A stretch of DNA of 62,858 nucleotides, counting the filler, from Vannella sp. (Eukaryota), in the NCBI GenBank assembly GCA_023345925.1. It is 8 parts of 8 records of this genome, joined end to end, with 100 filler letters (N's around TTAATTAATTAA, not from the genome) between each part and the next. Parts side by side here need not be neighbours in the genome. Positions count along the whole stretch, not along the records: positions 1 to 21,323 come from JAJQQN010000575.1; positions 21,424 to 26,688 come from JAJQQN010000430.1; 6 more parts are not named here. The stretch is one strand, 5' to 3'. The position numbers and the translations under genes were made by a program. Positions 11,601 to 24,061 of the stretch are shown here, one piece after another. The notes under the pieces are model-generated. The model worked only from the letters and a program-made list of their open reading frames with translations, searched no databases and was not told the origin of the DNA. The first letter of the stretch is position 1. Every line of letters starts with the position of its first letter.

Positions 11601-14600
11601 GTAGCTGGATTGCTCCACACTTCTGACCTTGTAGTGGAGTATTCCGCTCGCCTGCTGACCGAAGTGATTGATAAGAACTCGGCAAAGGCCAAGAACTTGC
11701 ACAAGACCACGGGAGTGTTGTATTTCATCTTCTCTTATCGCAACACGTCTGCTGGACCAGCGCTTATCCGCCTGCTTCAAGTCCTATCGCCTCAGCAAGA
11801 TCCTCACCTTCTTCGCAAGTTTATTCCGGACACTGTTGCTACTTACCTGCTTGAAGTGGATGCAGAAGAGTTCTCCAACGTCTTCTTCTGTCACACTAAT
11901 GCGCCAGAAGTCATCTGGAATGATCGAATGCTCGCCATTCTCCAGGACTCTGCAGTCCTTCAGACTCAGGGCTTCTCAGCACAGCTGCAAAGCAACCCGT
12001 ACGCTGTTTATGAGTTCAGGGACATGGAGGGAAGCATTGAGTATCCCGGTCTAGATCAGGAACTACGCTGCGGTAACTATTACATCAGAAACGTGATAGA
12101 AAACCCGCAATGGAACATTGAGAATGTGGAGGAGGTCCTTCGCGATGCGTTGGAAATGGTGCCAACTGTAGAGCGGCCCAACCAAATCCTTCTCATCCGT
12201 GCATGCTCTGTTCTCTTCAGGAAGAAGCATTATCGTAAGAAGGAGACAATCAAGAACTTTGAGGGCTTCCCGACCATCTTGCGCCTTCTAGCGTTGGACC
12301 GTGAGAGGCCTGATTTGTCTGCTGAGAACCTGGAGCTGATTAACGCGTCGTCCGAGTTGATTTTCTACTCCGTTTGGACTTCGGATGAAAACTTGACCAA
12401 GTTCCTTCGTCTGAAAGGACTCTCTGCCCTTTGTAACCTTTTATGGTGTTGTTCACGCCACGCAGCGCAGTGCCTTTCCATTCTCGCCTTCGTGCTGAAG
12501 ATTGTGTGCCGTTTGTTGCCTTCCCCAATCACAAGAGAGCAAGTGGCCATGAACATCGATGTCATTCGCGATATCCTTTCGTGCTTGACTGTTGGGCAGC
12601 CATTCGAGATTGTCACGCTTGCCATGCAGTGCATTATCGAGTTGTCCCAGGAGAATCGGTTGGCAGATGCTGTCTTCAAGAACGGTGGCCATTTCTATCT
12701 GCTCGACTTTGTGCTGTCTTTCAACCCAACGGCCGAGCCGGAATCAGATGCTGCCAGACTCAATCAGCTCTCTATCAGTGCTTGCTTGGTACTGGGCAAC
12801 ATCTCTGGTATCTATAAGCCAGAGCACGAGAAGCTGAATGCAATTGAAACCAAGATTCAGCAAGCTTTAGTGACTCTCTTGACGAAGGGTAACTTGGCGC
12901 GAATGCGAGCTCAGTCAGAGTTCTTGTTTGTTGGTGGCCTCACAGAAACCTACGAAAGCCCTGAGTCTATCTGGAATGAGAACATCCGCAACGAACTGGC
13001 CCAATTCATCCGCTCCCGAATTCAAGCTCATCAGCATTCGCAACAAGAAGAGCCTGACGAGCTTCAGTTCGTCTATCAAGTCCACCAGCAGGAGCTGCAA
13101 GTGGATGGTATCTTCCTGCGTTACTACGTCCATAACCCGCACTGGCGTCTTGACAACCCGCGCTCGTTCGTTTCGAAGCTGTTGCTGGAGATTCCTAATA
13201 ACCTGACCTCTACACCGCGCCTCTGCTTGCTTCTTCAGTCATTGTACTTTGTATTGACTGAAACTCAAGGACAAGAGAAGCTGATTGTCTCTACAGAGGC
13301 TCTGGACCAGTTCTTCTCTATTCTTAGTAGCTCTGTAGTAGAGCTGCAGAGTCTAGTCCTCAGTATCTTCCTCCATGCTACTGCTAACCAAGCTTGTGTG
13401 GATGCCATTTGTGCATCGGACCGCCTTCATCAGTTTGTGTCATTCTTGAGGAACGGTGCGTTAGATCAGCGTCGGATTCTGTTAGAAGTCATTTCCAACA
13501 TGGTCTCTTGCAGTTCGCGGGCAGTAGAAGGCATCACAACCAGTGGATTAGCGTTGTATCTTCTCCACTATGTCATTCGAGCTGAGGATGAGCAATTGTG
13601 TGCGCAGGCTCTGGGCGTTCTCAAGCAGACCAAGTCATCTTCTGGTCTTGACCAGCGTCTGATGAACGCATGCGGCCTCTTCCTTCCTCCTTATCTCATT
13701 GCCCTTATTGACAGACCAGCTCATTTCCTCCACTTCCTCCAGAAAGACTATTCCTCTCCCAGCATTATCTGGAACGAGAGCAACCGCGACTGCGCGCAAT
13801 CTGCCGTGGACAAAGCTCTTTCCCAGTTCCAGCAGAGTGGTTTGAAAGAGTGGGATAGCTCCAATATCCAACCGCTAGATTACGCTGCGTTCAATAGATA
13901 TCAGCAAGTGGGCGGGGTCTACATCGACATCTATCTGGGAGTGCCACAGAATAGATTGCACAACCCAGCTATCTTTATTGACCAAGTATTCGAGTCTCTT
14001 ATCTCCTCTGCGCCTTCGGCTGAGCTGCAATGCAAGCTCATTGAGTGCCTTTGCTCCCTCCTTACCCACCATAGTGCCTGGGCTCATTATGTTGCTCATG
14101 TTCCTCCGCAGAGTCTCCAAGCCCTCTTGGCTTACTTAGCGGATGAGAAGATGGACGAAAACACTCAGCGCTCGATTCTCAAGGTTATTGTGATCCTTGC
14201 GCACGTGCCAGCTTGCCGAAAGAAGCTTCACCAGACCAATGTGGTCAGTCAGTTGTTCAAGAGCATCGAGAGGAACCCTTCCTTCGAAGAGCTTGCCATC
14301 CGCACCTTGTACTTGCTCGTCAAGAAAGAAAGCGCCTTTGTTAAGCCCCTTTTGGACACTCCTGGTGGTCTGGCCCAGGCTCTCCGCACTGCCGATAAGC
14401 GCAACTTTGAGGCATCTCGCTACGCTATTGGGCTCATCAAAAGCTTAGTGGCGGACCGGAAGCACGACGCACAAGTGCGGCAAATGCTTGCTGGGCGGGA
14501 GCAGATTCTGACTGACAAGACGCAGCTGCCTCTCCCTGAGTGGGTGTCTGTTGTGCAGTTGACCCCTGCTCTTCAAGCGCCATTTATTGAGCCGTTTGAT

Positions 14601-15221
14601 GCCGATATCAAGTCTCAGCAACTGGCAGCTCTGAGAGGAGGATCCTCTGCTGCCCTTCCAGTGGCAGTGAACACTCCGGTGCCAAGTTCATCGGGCCCTG
14701 CGAAGGCGATTGCCCCGTTGGAACGTGCAAACACAGTCGCTTCTGCTATCTCGTCTCCTCCCCCGAGACAGCCACCTCCGGTAGCTCCTCGCCCTCCTAT
14801 CCAGAGAGCCGTATCTACTATGCCAGATACTTCCTCGCCCGCGCCATCTACTGCTCCTTCTCAGCCTCCACCTCCAGTGCCCTTCGCATTTGACGCTGGA
14901 CCACCGCCTCCACCACCCGCCGCTTTGGTACCTCCCCCTCCAATGGCCTCTTCCGTTCCCGCTCCAGCTTCATCTGGCCGAGCAGCTCTTTTGGACTCGA
15001 TTGCAAAGGGCAAATCTCTCAAGAAGGTCGACTTGAACGCTCAACAAGAAGAACGCAAGAATCAGGCTCCTGAAACCAAGAACAGCAGCAGCGGTGGAGG
15101 AGGTGACTTGATGAATGCCTTGGCGGGTGCATTACTTGCTCGACGCACTGCTTTAATCACTGACTTGGCTTCTAATCCCTTCGCAGACGAGGAAGAAGAG
15201 GAAGACTGGGACGACGAGTAG
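8686..15221 (+). CDS. RME-8/DNAJC13-like scaffold lacking the J-domain, with C-terminal poly-Pro + WH2-central-acidic tail (introns 8772-8824, 9078-9134, 9246-9299)
   Basis: IWN-type repeats LLWNSETRNEV, VIWNDRM, SIWNENIRNEL, IIWNESNRD; no HPD; GRAALLDSIAKGKSLKKVD; DLMNALAGALLARR; DEEEEEDWDDE-stop. Confidence 0.85.
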
Positions 15222-15228
15222 GTTTCAT

Positions 15229-18200
15229 TCAATAAACTTCTTTCCTCGAATCCTCCGACTCGAACTCACTTTCCTCATCGCTATCAAACAATGTGATAAA
15301 AATCGGCTCATGAAGGGGAGTGGACTCTTGGTTAGAAAGAGCATTCACCCGGAACAGGGTCTCTGCCTCCCAAGTGAATAAAACAGACTTCAAAAGAGCA
15401 CGTAATCGTCCGTCTTTTGATGTGGAATAGGAGCAAGAAAGAGATAAGCAGCCGGAGAGGTGGAGAATGTTGTTCTCGGGATCGTGACGGTCCCAGAAGG
15501 TTCCAAGTAGGCGCCCTTTACAGCTCCAGCGAAGGCTGAGCCACTCTTCTGATACCTGAGTGTCACTCACATCGAAGCTGAACTCTCCAAAGGCCTGTTG
15601 GAACTGTGAGACCAACATTTTGACTCCTTCAAAGCCCTTCCAATCAGCGTTGCGATGAGAGAATCCTGAGATAAAACACTCTTTGTCGAAGACTTCGGGG
15701 ACAACGTCTAACTTGTAAAGTTGCAGGATCTCATCGATGAAACGAGAAGCTGACATCTTGAATGCTTCAATATGAATAGAGCTTGACTGGTTTGTGTGGA
15801 GAGTGTCTGGCTTGATGTCTACACCGATCTGCTCTATTCTCATGTTCACTTGGCGGCCAGCGAAAGGCACAAAGAATGTGCATTTGTTGGGATAAACTAT
15901 CTTCTCTCTGAGGGTGTTGCGCCAGCTTTCTACAAAGTACTGTCGAAGGAGAGGAAGAGTGCTGGACATAGAAAACTTCTTCTCCGTAATTCGGATGTCC
16001 ACGTCAAGGTCGTAGGTGGGGACTTGCGCGAAGAACATCTCAGCGCGAGAGCCAATCTCCTCGGGAATATGTACATGAAGTTTTCCCTGGATATTGGAGA
16101 GAGTCAGAAGGACAGTGACCGAAACAGCGGCAACTGTGGTGCTGAGGAAGTTCAAGTTCAAAGACGTTTTCAGTTCTGCTTCAATGGTGCCAGAACTTTC
16201 CATGACCAACTCTCCTATCACCTCAAGAGGGTTGTCAGGGAAGTTACAGAGCTGGGAATCGAGAAGGCGGAAGCAAATGGTGCTGAAATCAAGCCCAACA
16301 ATCTCAATGGGCCCCAAAAAGTCAGGGCGGAAAGTCTCTTCCACCTTTTGCTTGGCAAAAGCGTGGGCTTCCTCAAGGAACTCCTCAGAGTGTTGAAGAT
16401 CTAAAAAGTACCGAGAGAGCAAGACGTTAATCGACTTGTGACCGTTAGCGCACATACGGTGACGAGGAGAAGAGGCGAGTTCTAGATAGTCCAAAGCGTA
16501 TAAGGCAGCACTCTGCTGTGGGGTGAGAGGAACAAGATTCTCCAGAGGGACTACGTTCATCTTAATGGCCTTTTGCAGGGCATCAATAGCAGAGGCTAGT
16601 AGGCCAGCAGAGTTGAATTGCATGTCCACGAACCGCCCTTCTGAATAGCCTGGAAGTTTCGACCCTGCTGGGCTGTACATTGACATAACAGATCCATTTG
16701 AACTCGGCCTACTGATGCGCAACAGAGCAGCCTCTTCGGCCACTTCTGTGGGATTCTGAGCGCAGTTGAGCGGAGTAACCTCACAGCCTGCGAGGTAAAC
16801 CATTCCTTGAAGGCTAATGCTGCTGTTGAGCGCTTTGTAGATGTGCAGGATTCCTGAATCTAGCTTGATCATCCGCCGAAGCCAAGCGGCCTTCTCCACA
16901 TCGTACAAGTAAACGGACTCGGAGAGTAAAATTTTTGTGGGTGGAGCTTGGTTGGCTGCCAGTTGGCGGGAGAGCTCTCGGTCCCACTCACTCTCTTCCA
17001 GTAATGGAGGCTGCTTACGGTCAATCTGTTCCCCTATTTCGCTGTCACTACTTGAGATCTCCCCTAAATCAGAGTCTGATGCATCAGACGTGCCAATGGC
17101 AGCAGGTTGGGAGAGAAGAGAAAGGTCGAGAGTGAAAGGTGAGCTCTTCGTTGGCAAAGAGCCTGTCAGACTCTCGTCACTCCGACGGAAGCCTTTGGTA
17201 GGAATATCTTCACCCACGGGTACGCTTGTCGCCGTTGCATGAGCAGCCTCCTTCTGATGGCAACTGGCAAAGGCATTCAACCATTGGTCGACTGTCTCGC
17301 GCAAGGAGATGACAATCTGCCTACTCGATTCCTCAGCAAGGCAGATGCCGGTGGATGTCGCCCGAAGGCCCCCCGCCGAGTGCTCAGAAAGCATCAAGTC
17401 ACAGCGATCCTCTTTGCGTTTGAGCACAACCAAGTCGAACTGAGCAAGATTCAGGAACATCGTACAGTCCGAGAAGAGCTCTTGAGTGCACATAAAGAAG
17501 AGTTCGCCCTCGCAGAGGATGAGGAATCTCTTATTCCACAAGTGCTTGTCCCTCACAGGGTGGGCCTGAACGCGGGCCCAACCCATCTTCACTGCACTTT
17601 GGAGAATTTCCTGACGTGGTCTGTCCACCCAAAGCCTGTCAGCATGCAGATCACGAGGAGGTGTAAACGTACCGAGGTAAAGCGACGGTGTTGTCCCGTG
17701 AAGCGTGTCCCGCTCGGATACGCTTGAGGCTTCCGCTAATAGTCTTCTTGATAGAAGGCTCAGACTCACTCGAGCTCCGTTTGTGTCCCTTCTTCTTGGT
17801 TGGAGGGGTGTCAGTCATCGGCTTCTTCTCCTTGTCCTTCTCCTTGTCCTTCTCTTTGTTTCGTCTTGAGAGCATGGAAACACGATCAGGGAATGAGACC
17901 ATGAGCTTGGCAAGGCGATCTCGAGGCGAGTCCAAAGTAGGCTTGGACTGGACTCGTGTGAAGGCTACAGTGGGCTGCTCTGTCTCTTGGAGAGGTAGTC
18001 TCTCTAGCCCTAATGGCGATGCTGGAGGTGACTCAGAGGAGGAGAAGTTGAGGTCCAGCGGGGTAACCGCTTTGGCCGAGTTCCCGTCCGATCGGGATGA
18101 ACGGGAGCGTGGCCTAGTGCGTGGCTTCTTTCGTCGGTTGTTGGGTGAAAGAGCTCCCTCTTGAGGAGAATGTTCGCTGCTCTCACGAGGGCTCTCCCTG

Positions 18201-18565
18201 TTAGGGGAGTCTAAGCGCTCTGTGTCCCTTTCCAGGCGTCCAACGTCGTGCGCAGACTTGGCCTTTCGTAGTTCACCAGTAAGAATGAGAGAAGATCTTT
18301 CCACAGAGCTTGAAGCAGGCGGATGTGTGCGACGTAGGAGAGGCGAGTTGGAGAAGGACTCGATGAGTTTGTCTGGAGGTGTCAGCTCCTGCCCCCGTCG
18401 GTCAAGGCTAGCCTCCTCCACCATCACTTCCTTGACCGGCGTAGAAAGCCAACGAAGTAGCAAACAAGAGAGGAAGCCAACGACGAACGAGGCAAGCAGC
18501 GTCGCCCACATCAGCCGCCAACCCGAAAATGACCCGCAACCCCGCTTTTCCAGCCATCTTTTCAT
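15229..18565 (-). CDS. TM-PH-PH-SMP lipid-transfer protein (TEX2/Nvj2-like) with C-terminal SnoaL/NTF2-like domain; intron 17621-17672; start may be 18511
   Basis: N-terminal TM; KMGW...WNKRFLILCEGELFF and WLRRMIKLDSGILHIYK (PH-like); INVLLSRYF...RPDFLGPIEIVGLDF...EKIVYPN (SMP-like); a 52-nt GTACGT...GCTGAC...CAG intron joins the two ORFs in frame. Confidence 0.75.
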
Positions 18566-18710
18566 CAGATCTAACGGTTGTGATTTTAGTATTCATTCCA
18601 TCAATCAATATCTATTTCAGGGTGGACGATTGAAAACCCAAACCAGATCGCAATTATGATGTAATTATGGGATCACTGAGAGAGCAGTTCTTTGTCTGGA
18701 GTCTGATTTA

Positions 18711-21323
18711 TTAAAGAAGTTTGTGGATCTCCTGCAGATCTGCTGAGTCGTATTGCCCAGAGGAAGCGAGTGAGGCAAAGATCTGGTTGACTTGGTCTTT
18801 CCCACTTTGGGTCATTTGCTGGAGGAAGTTCATCAATCCAGTGCGAGTAATGTCGCTGAGGTCCTCTTCGAGTAAATCAATGATACTGGCCTTCACTATG
18901 TCAGGCAAAAGGGCCATCAGCTATATGATGTGAGTACTAAATGGAAATGGAAGGATTCAACTGACTGTGGGTTGGTTACGAGAGAGATGGACCAACAGAC
19001 ACTCCCAAATAATTCCAGTCGGCTCTCGAGCTTGTTCCAAAGGCAAGCGGTGGACCATAGCTGGGAATATCTGCGTCAAAATGAGTGAAGGTGTAAGACA
19101 GAAACTGACTGACTTACTTTCTCCGCTGGGAGGCCATGTGGGAAGGTCAAAAGGATTTGGGCAGTTAATCCGTATAAGCAGTCAAACGAGGAACGATGTT
19201 CCTCTTCATCCAGCTTAAGCAGCTCCGTTACAATTGGCCATATTTGGCTGATCAAGTCCACTGAGAGGCTTCCGTAGCGGAGAGACATTCTCAGGCACAT
19301 GCAGATTTGTTGAATCATTGAATCGCTATCTGTGGCAAAGAATTGAAGATAAACGGGGATGAAAGCGGCTGCAAACGGTTGGAAGTTATCCTCAAGCTCC
19401 TCAGCTACTCGCGCAATGCAGTCAAAGACGCACTCTTTGTATTCTCCAGGAGTCTCATCCTGTAAGTAAGGAGCCAAGCAATTGAAAAAGTCAGGTAAGT
19501 AGGGGACAAATAGCTTTCCACAGGACTTGGTGAGATCCGTGGCAACGTCAAGTACAACTGAAAAGGTAACAAAATCCTCCTCATTCTCTTCAAAAGACTC
19601 GCACTCAAGTTGATAAGGCGCTTGTCTTCGTAGAATGTCAGTCATTGCCTTAACAATCTGTGGAAGAGCACTGAGAACAGAGCTTGGTCCCATTGTGAGA
19701 GCCAACTTGCCAATCGACTCAATTGCAGAGCGCACAACGGATTGCTCTGGCAGCAACAAAACCAATCCAAACTTCTCGAACACACGAACCAGGGCTTCTG
19801 TCACAGACTCAGGGAAAAGAGAAGGCTCTGCCTTACGCCATTCAAAGTCTTCCTCGAGGAAAGTAAGCAATCCAGAGCAAACTTGAACAAGTGACACCAT
19901 TGCGGCAGAGGCTACAGGAGTATACAGGTCGAAAGTCGTTAGGCTGGCCAAAATCTCAAAGGATGCTTCGATGAAGGAAGCAGACGCATCACTATTTTCT
20001 GCAATCAACCAGCCAAGGCAGGATACAGCGGCAGCTTTCTCTTCCATATAAGAGTCCAACACGCGGATAGTGACTTCGTCATTCACTTCAGATGACTCTT
20101 GAGGGAACATTTGAAGTGCTTCTTCGTCGTTCTCACATACAAGGCCTTCTGATGATTGGCAAGAGGCCAAGACAAAAGGTAGGAGAGTCTGTCTGAATGT
20201 TAGTTGACTCCATAAAGGGTTTAGAAAGTCCTTACTGGGTAAATTGGAGACATTGGCTCTGCATAGACCCGAGCCATTTGGTCAAAGAATCGATAGATGA
20301 ACTCGCGAAGTTCGGGGCTGTCCACTGTCTCTAATCCATTTAAGGCTACCGTCACAACCTCTTCAAAATGAGGCATAAAGATTTCATGCGTTGTAGATGT
20401 GGCGAGAGCAGCGATGCATTCCATTGAGCGACCCCGAATGATGTACAAGTTGGGGTCAGTAACACTCATCCATTGTTTCATGATGGTGATAACCCGTTCG
20501 AAATAGGGCTCAAACATGTTGCCAGCCATAGACACGCACGCAGAGATCGCATTGATGGCCAATTCTTTAACCTCTGCGTTAGGGTGGTTCAATCCGGGCA
20601 TCAATTGAGAGAGAATAGCTTCCAGATGTGGCATGACGACCGAAGGCTCGATGCCAATATAGTGAGAAAGAGCATAGAATGACTTGATGCACACCAAGTC
20701 TTCTTTGTCTGCAGTAGCAGACAAGAGAAGAGGGATGATCTCCTGGTGATAAGGCGCAATGATGTCACAAAGGTTCTTCGCCAACTCCGAGACTGCAATC
20801 AAAGCAGCTTGCCGGACTAAACTCTCGTCTGTAAGTCCAGCAATCACCCAAGGAATGATCTGTTCAATAGCATCAGCTACCGGATCAGCATATCCTTCAG
20901 AGATGACTGCTAATGCCGATAGAGCAGCTCTTCGATCCAAAGCGCTTGCAGAAGTAATTCCAGCGGCAACCCGGTCCATAATGGGCTTCCAAGCGTACTT
21001 GGCGGGAATCTGCAAGGCAATGACGTCTATAATCTGGCTGCCATACTTGGCTGCACTCTCTTCCTCCTCTTCATCGTGCTCAGTCATCAACACAAAGCAC
21101 AATTGGATCACTTCAGGCAACGAAACGTTGGCCAAGAAGGACTTGGGCTTATTGCTGATAGTGAATTCGATAAAGAAGAGTGCGTGCTGGCGCAGAGACA
21201 TGTCTAATGAGCTCCTCACCCCCACCGTCAAAGCGAAACGAAGCAAATCCGGTAAAAGGTGCTGAATGTGGCCCATAAAGTCATCTGCCAACGTACTAAG
21301 CAGCTCAAAGCCAACAGTCACAC
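18711..21323 (-). CDS. IPO4: Importin-4/Kap123-like karyopherin beta (5' truncated at contig edge, multi-exon)
   Basis: HEAT-repeat helices; RRAALSALAVISEG, RGRSMECIAALA, ELREFIYRFF, YMEEKAAAVSCLG. Confidence 0.8.
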
Positions 21324-21423
21324 NNNNNNNNNNNNNNNNNNNNNNNNNNNNNNNNNNNNNNNNNNNNTTAATTAATTAANNNNNNNNNNNNNNNNNNNNN
21401 NNNNNNNNNNNNNNNNNNNNNNN
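21324..21423. other. Artificial contig linker (N-TTAATTAATTAA-N)
   Basis: 100-nt spacer with stop codons in all six frames. Confidence 0.98.
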
Positions 21424-21900
21424 GCAGAGTTAACCTGGGACGAGCAAATTTCACTTATGGCACGGACGGATATATTATTGGGAGTTCATGGAGCAGGACT
21501 GACCCAACTCCTTTATCTACCAGATAAGAGCACTATTGTTGAGCTCTCTTCCATGGCCTTTATCGTCAGATGGCATTTTCAACTGATGAGCGCATGGCTG
21601 GACCACGATTATCACATTGTTGAGGTGACTATTGACGAGTTGGACTCTTCTCAGCCCGTCACAATCATTAATCGAGATAATTTCGTCCAATCTATCAACC
21701 ATATTGCCAAAGGAGTGATCTACCAACGGTGTAAAACTCGCTCACAAAAGGAACTGGGTGACTTGGAACAACATTGTGGGCTCCCTCCCGCTCCTGTCCC
21801 TCTCTTTTTCTGGGGAGACGATGATTCTGAAGAGACTCTTGTTGACATAGTACCGGTTCTAGCAAAAGGCTCTCCAATGAAATGGCCTGACCAAGTCTGA
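21424..21900 (+). CDS. Glycosyltransferase family 61 (DUF563), C-terminal fragment
   Basis: EQISLMARTDILLGVHGAGLTQLLYLP...IVEL motif. Confidence 0.8.
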   Translation, partial: AELTWDEQISLMARTDILLGVHGAGLTQLLYLPDKSTIVELSSMAFIVRWHFQLMSAWLDHDYHIVEVTIDELDSSQPVTIINRDNFVQSINHIAKGVIYQRCKTRSQKELGDLEQHCGLPPAPVPLFFWGDDDSEETLVDIVPVLAKGSPMKWPDQV

Positions 21901-21911
21901 GCGAAGTTGTA

Positions 21912-23948
21912 TTATTGGTCGCTAACTTCTTTGGAAAGGTTCCCATAGCACCGGTCACACACGCGCACAGGCTTCGTGAATCCATCTTTCAGCAAAGGGA
22001 ACTTCTTTGCCGAACAAATCCCACAAAAGATTCCTCCACAGTTTCGGCAGTGGTGCTAAGGCCTGAAGTTAGGTCTCAACTCATACTAAACAAATAGACC
22101 TACCCTGCGATTGACAAATGTGAAAATACGCTTGCAGGCCATGCACCGGTCGCTCTCGCCGTCGGGAATCCATCCGTGGACGACGGTGGCGGCGGAATGG
22201 GATCCACCGCATCCGATTTGTCGAACAGTCTTGCCCATCATAGTGAAGACAACCTTGGGAACCCACTGGTCCTTCTCATCGCCATGGCCCAAGCGCCCAT
22301 TGACAGCGCATCCCCATGTAAAGAGTTGTCCCTTCTCTGTGAGAGCTGCTGTGTGGTTCGCGCCGCAGGCAATTTGTGTCATTTTCCTTCCTTGAACTCC
22401 CACTTGAATAGCTAGTGGCTTGTGATGCTGGGAGATAGCGCTACCATGCCCCAGCTGGCCATAATTCCCTTCCCCCCACGTGAAGATGGATCCATCGGTG
22501 GATAGAGCTGCCGTGTGGAAGTCACCGCAAGAGATTTGAACGATCTTCACTTGAAGGCACTCCACAATCTTTGGTATGAGCTGGTCCTCTTCATCTGAAT
22601 GGCCAAGTTTCCCGTTTGCTCCGTTGCCCCAAGTGTAGACCCGGCCCTCCTCCTCCATTATAGCAGCAGTATGCCAAGTGGCGCATGCTATCTGAGATAT
22701 GCGTATGCCCTCCAGCGTCTTGACGAGCGTTGGCACCAAGCGGTTTTTCTTGTCCCCGTGACCGAGTTGACCTTTCTCGTTCCCTCCCCACGTGAACACC
22801 TTCCCCTCCTCTGGCTGTGTGTTAGCTACTCTCTATCTTTCTTCATCGATTGAGCTCTTACGAGTAACTGCAGCAGAGGCGACGTAGCCACAGTCGATGA
22901 AAGAGATGAGTTCAGAGCTCAGAGCTTCCACAAACTTGGGTGAGGTAACCATGCTGGTATCACCATGCCCTAGCCTGCCATCATCTCCTTTACCCCACAT
23001 GAACAGCCGCCCTCCATCTGAGAGCGCGCCGGTGTGGAAGTCTCCACAAGCCACATGAGTGATTCGTATCCCTTGAAGCTTGCTGACCAGCGTTGGAGTG
23101 AAGCGGTGACGCTCTTGACCATGCCCCAAACGACCAAAGCTATCCACCTCGTGAGCAGCAGCCTACAAAGGTCCAAGAGAGGCGTACCTTCCAGCGCCCC
23201 ACGTAAAAAGCTCTCCACTGGCATTCAGGGCCGCTGTATGCGAGGGACCGCAAGCCACGATGCGAACCTCCTTACCCAGGAGCGTTTGAACGACTCGTGG
23301 GTCCACCTGATCGTCCTCATCACCGTGTCCCAACCGGCCGTTGACTCCTTGACCCCAAGTGTACACGTCATTGCTATCTGCAAGGCTCTTAGAGATAGTA
23401 GAAGCGAAGATAAGAATAACGCTTACCTTCACGCTTGGATACGATGGTTTGGCTGCCCTTAAAGGAGATGGAAAGCTTCTCCGTCTCTGTGGGAGTTCGA
23501 GTTAACTCTGGGACAGCCTGAGGGCGAGCCTCCTGGCCATCCATGGTCAAGCTCTTAAGTCCAACCACCCATGTGTTGAACTCCGCCTTGTCTTTGCTCA
23601 CAATGTCGAGCGTTCGATCGTCATAAATAAGGGAGAAGGAGAACGGCTCGTACTCAGGCAGAGGGTTCTTCTGGAAGACCAGAGTCTTCTGCCCCAGGCG
23701 TATCTCTTTGATTTCAGACAGGCTCACTACCCACGAGTGAGTAAAGGAGCAGCCAGAAGCTGAAAGAAGCACGAACCCGACGACTGGTCCGACTTCTTCT
23801 TCGGAGAGGCCCAACGAAGCGTCTCCATATCTTCAGAGAGCACAAAGAACCGAAAGTGAGGGCTCCCTGAGCGCCCACACTTCAACATGGTCGAGCCCTG
23901 CTGCATCATCACAATCGCCTCCTCCACCGACACCGCGCTCTCCGCCAT
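21912..23948 (-). CDS. PH + RCC1 repeats + FYVE protein (PRAF/RLD-like architecture, no BRX domain; multi-exon)
   Basis: [23 protein letters not shown] (PH); repeated TWG..GRLGHG and [18 protein letters not shown]...RR spliced to [11 protein letters not shown]...VRVCDRCY (FYVE). Confidence 0.9.
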
Positions 23949-24061
23949 GACCAAATAAATCAATTAAATATGATTATGATGAACAACTTCATGCACGGCC
24001 CTAACCAGTTTTTGCATTTCACCTTTCGAGCCTTTTATGGTCATTTGGGGGAGGCGCTGGT

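Noticed and set aside
17621..17769. Overlapping ORFs suggesting programmed frameshift
   Set aside because: Explained by a canonical 52-nt intron
755..18565. Two contact-site lipid-transfer genes on one contig as a functional cluster
   Set aside because: Separated by unrelated genes; no evidence of co-regulation
21324..21423. TTAATTAATTAA flanked by N-runs, seven occurrences
   Set aside because: Artificial six-frame-stop contig linker; ORFs ending in X-runs are truncation artefacts
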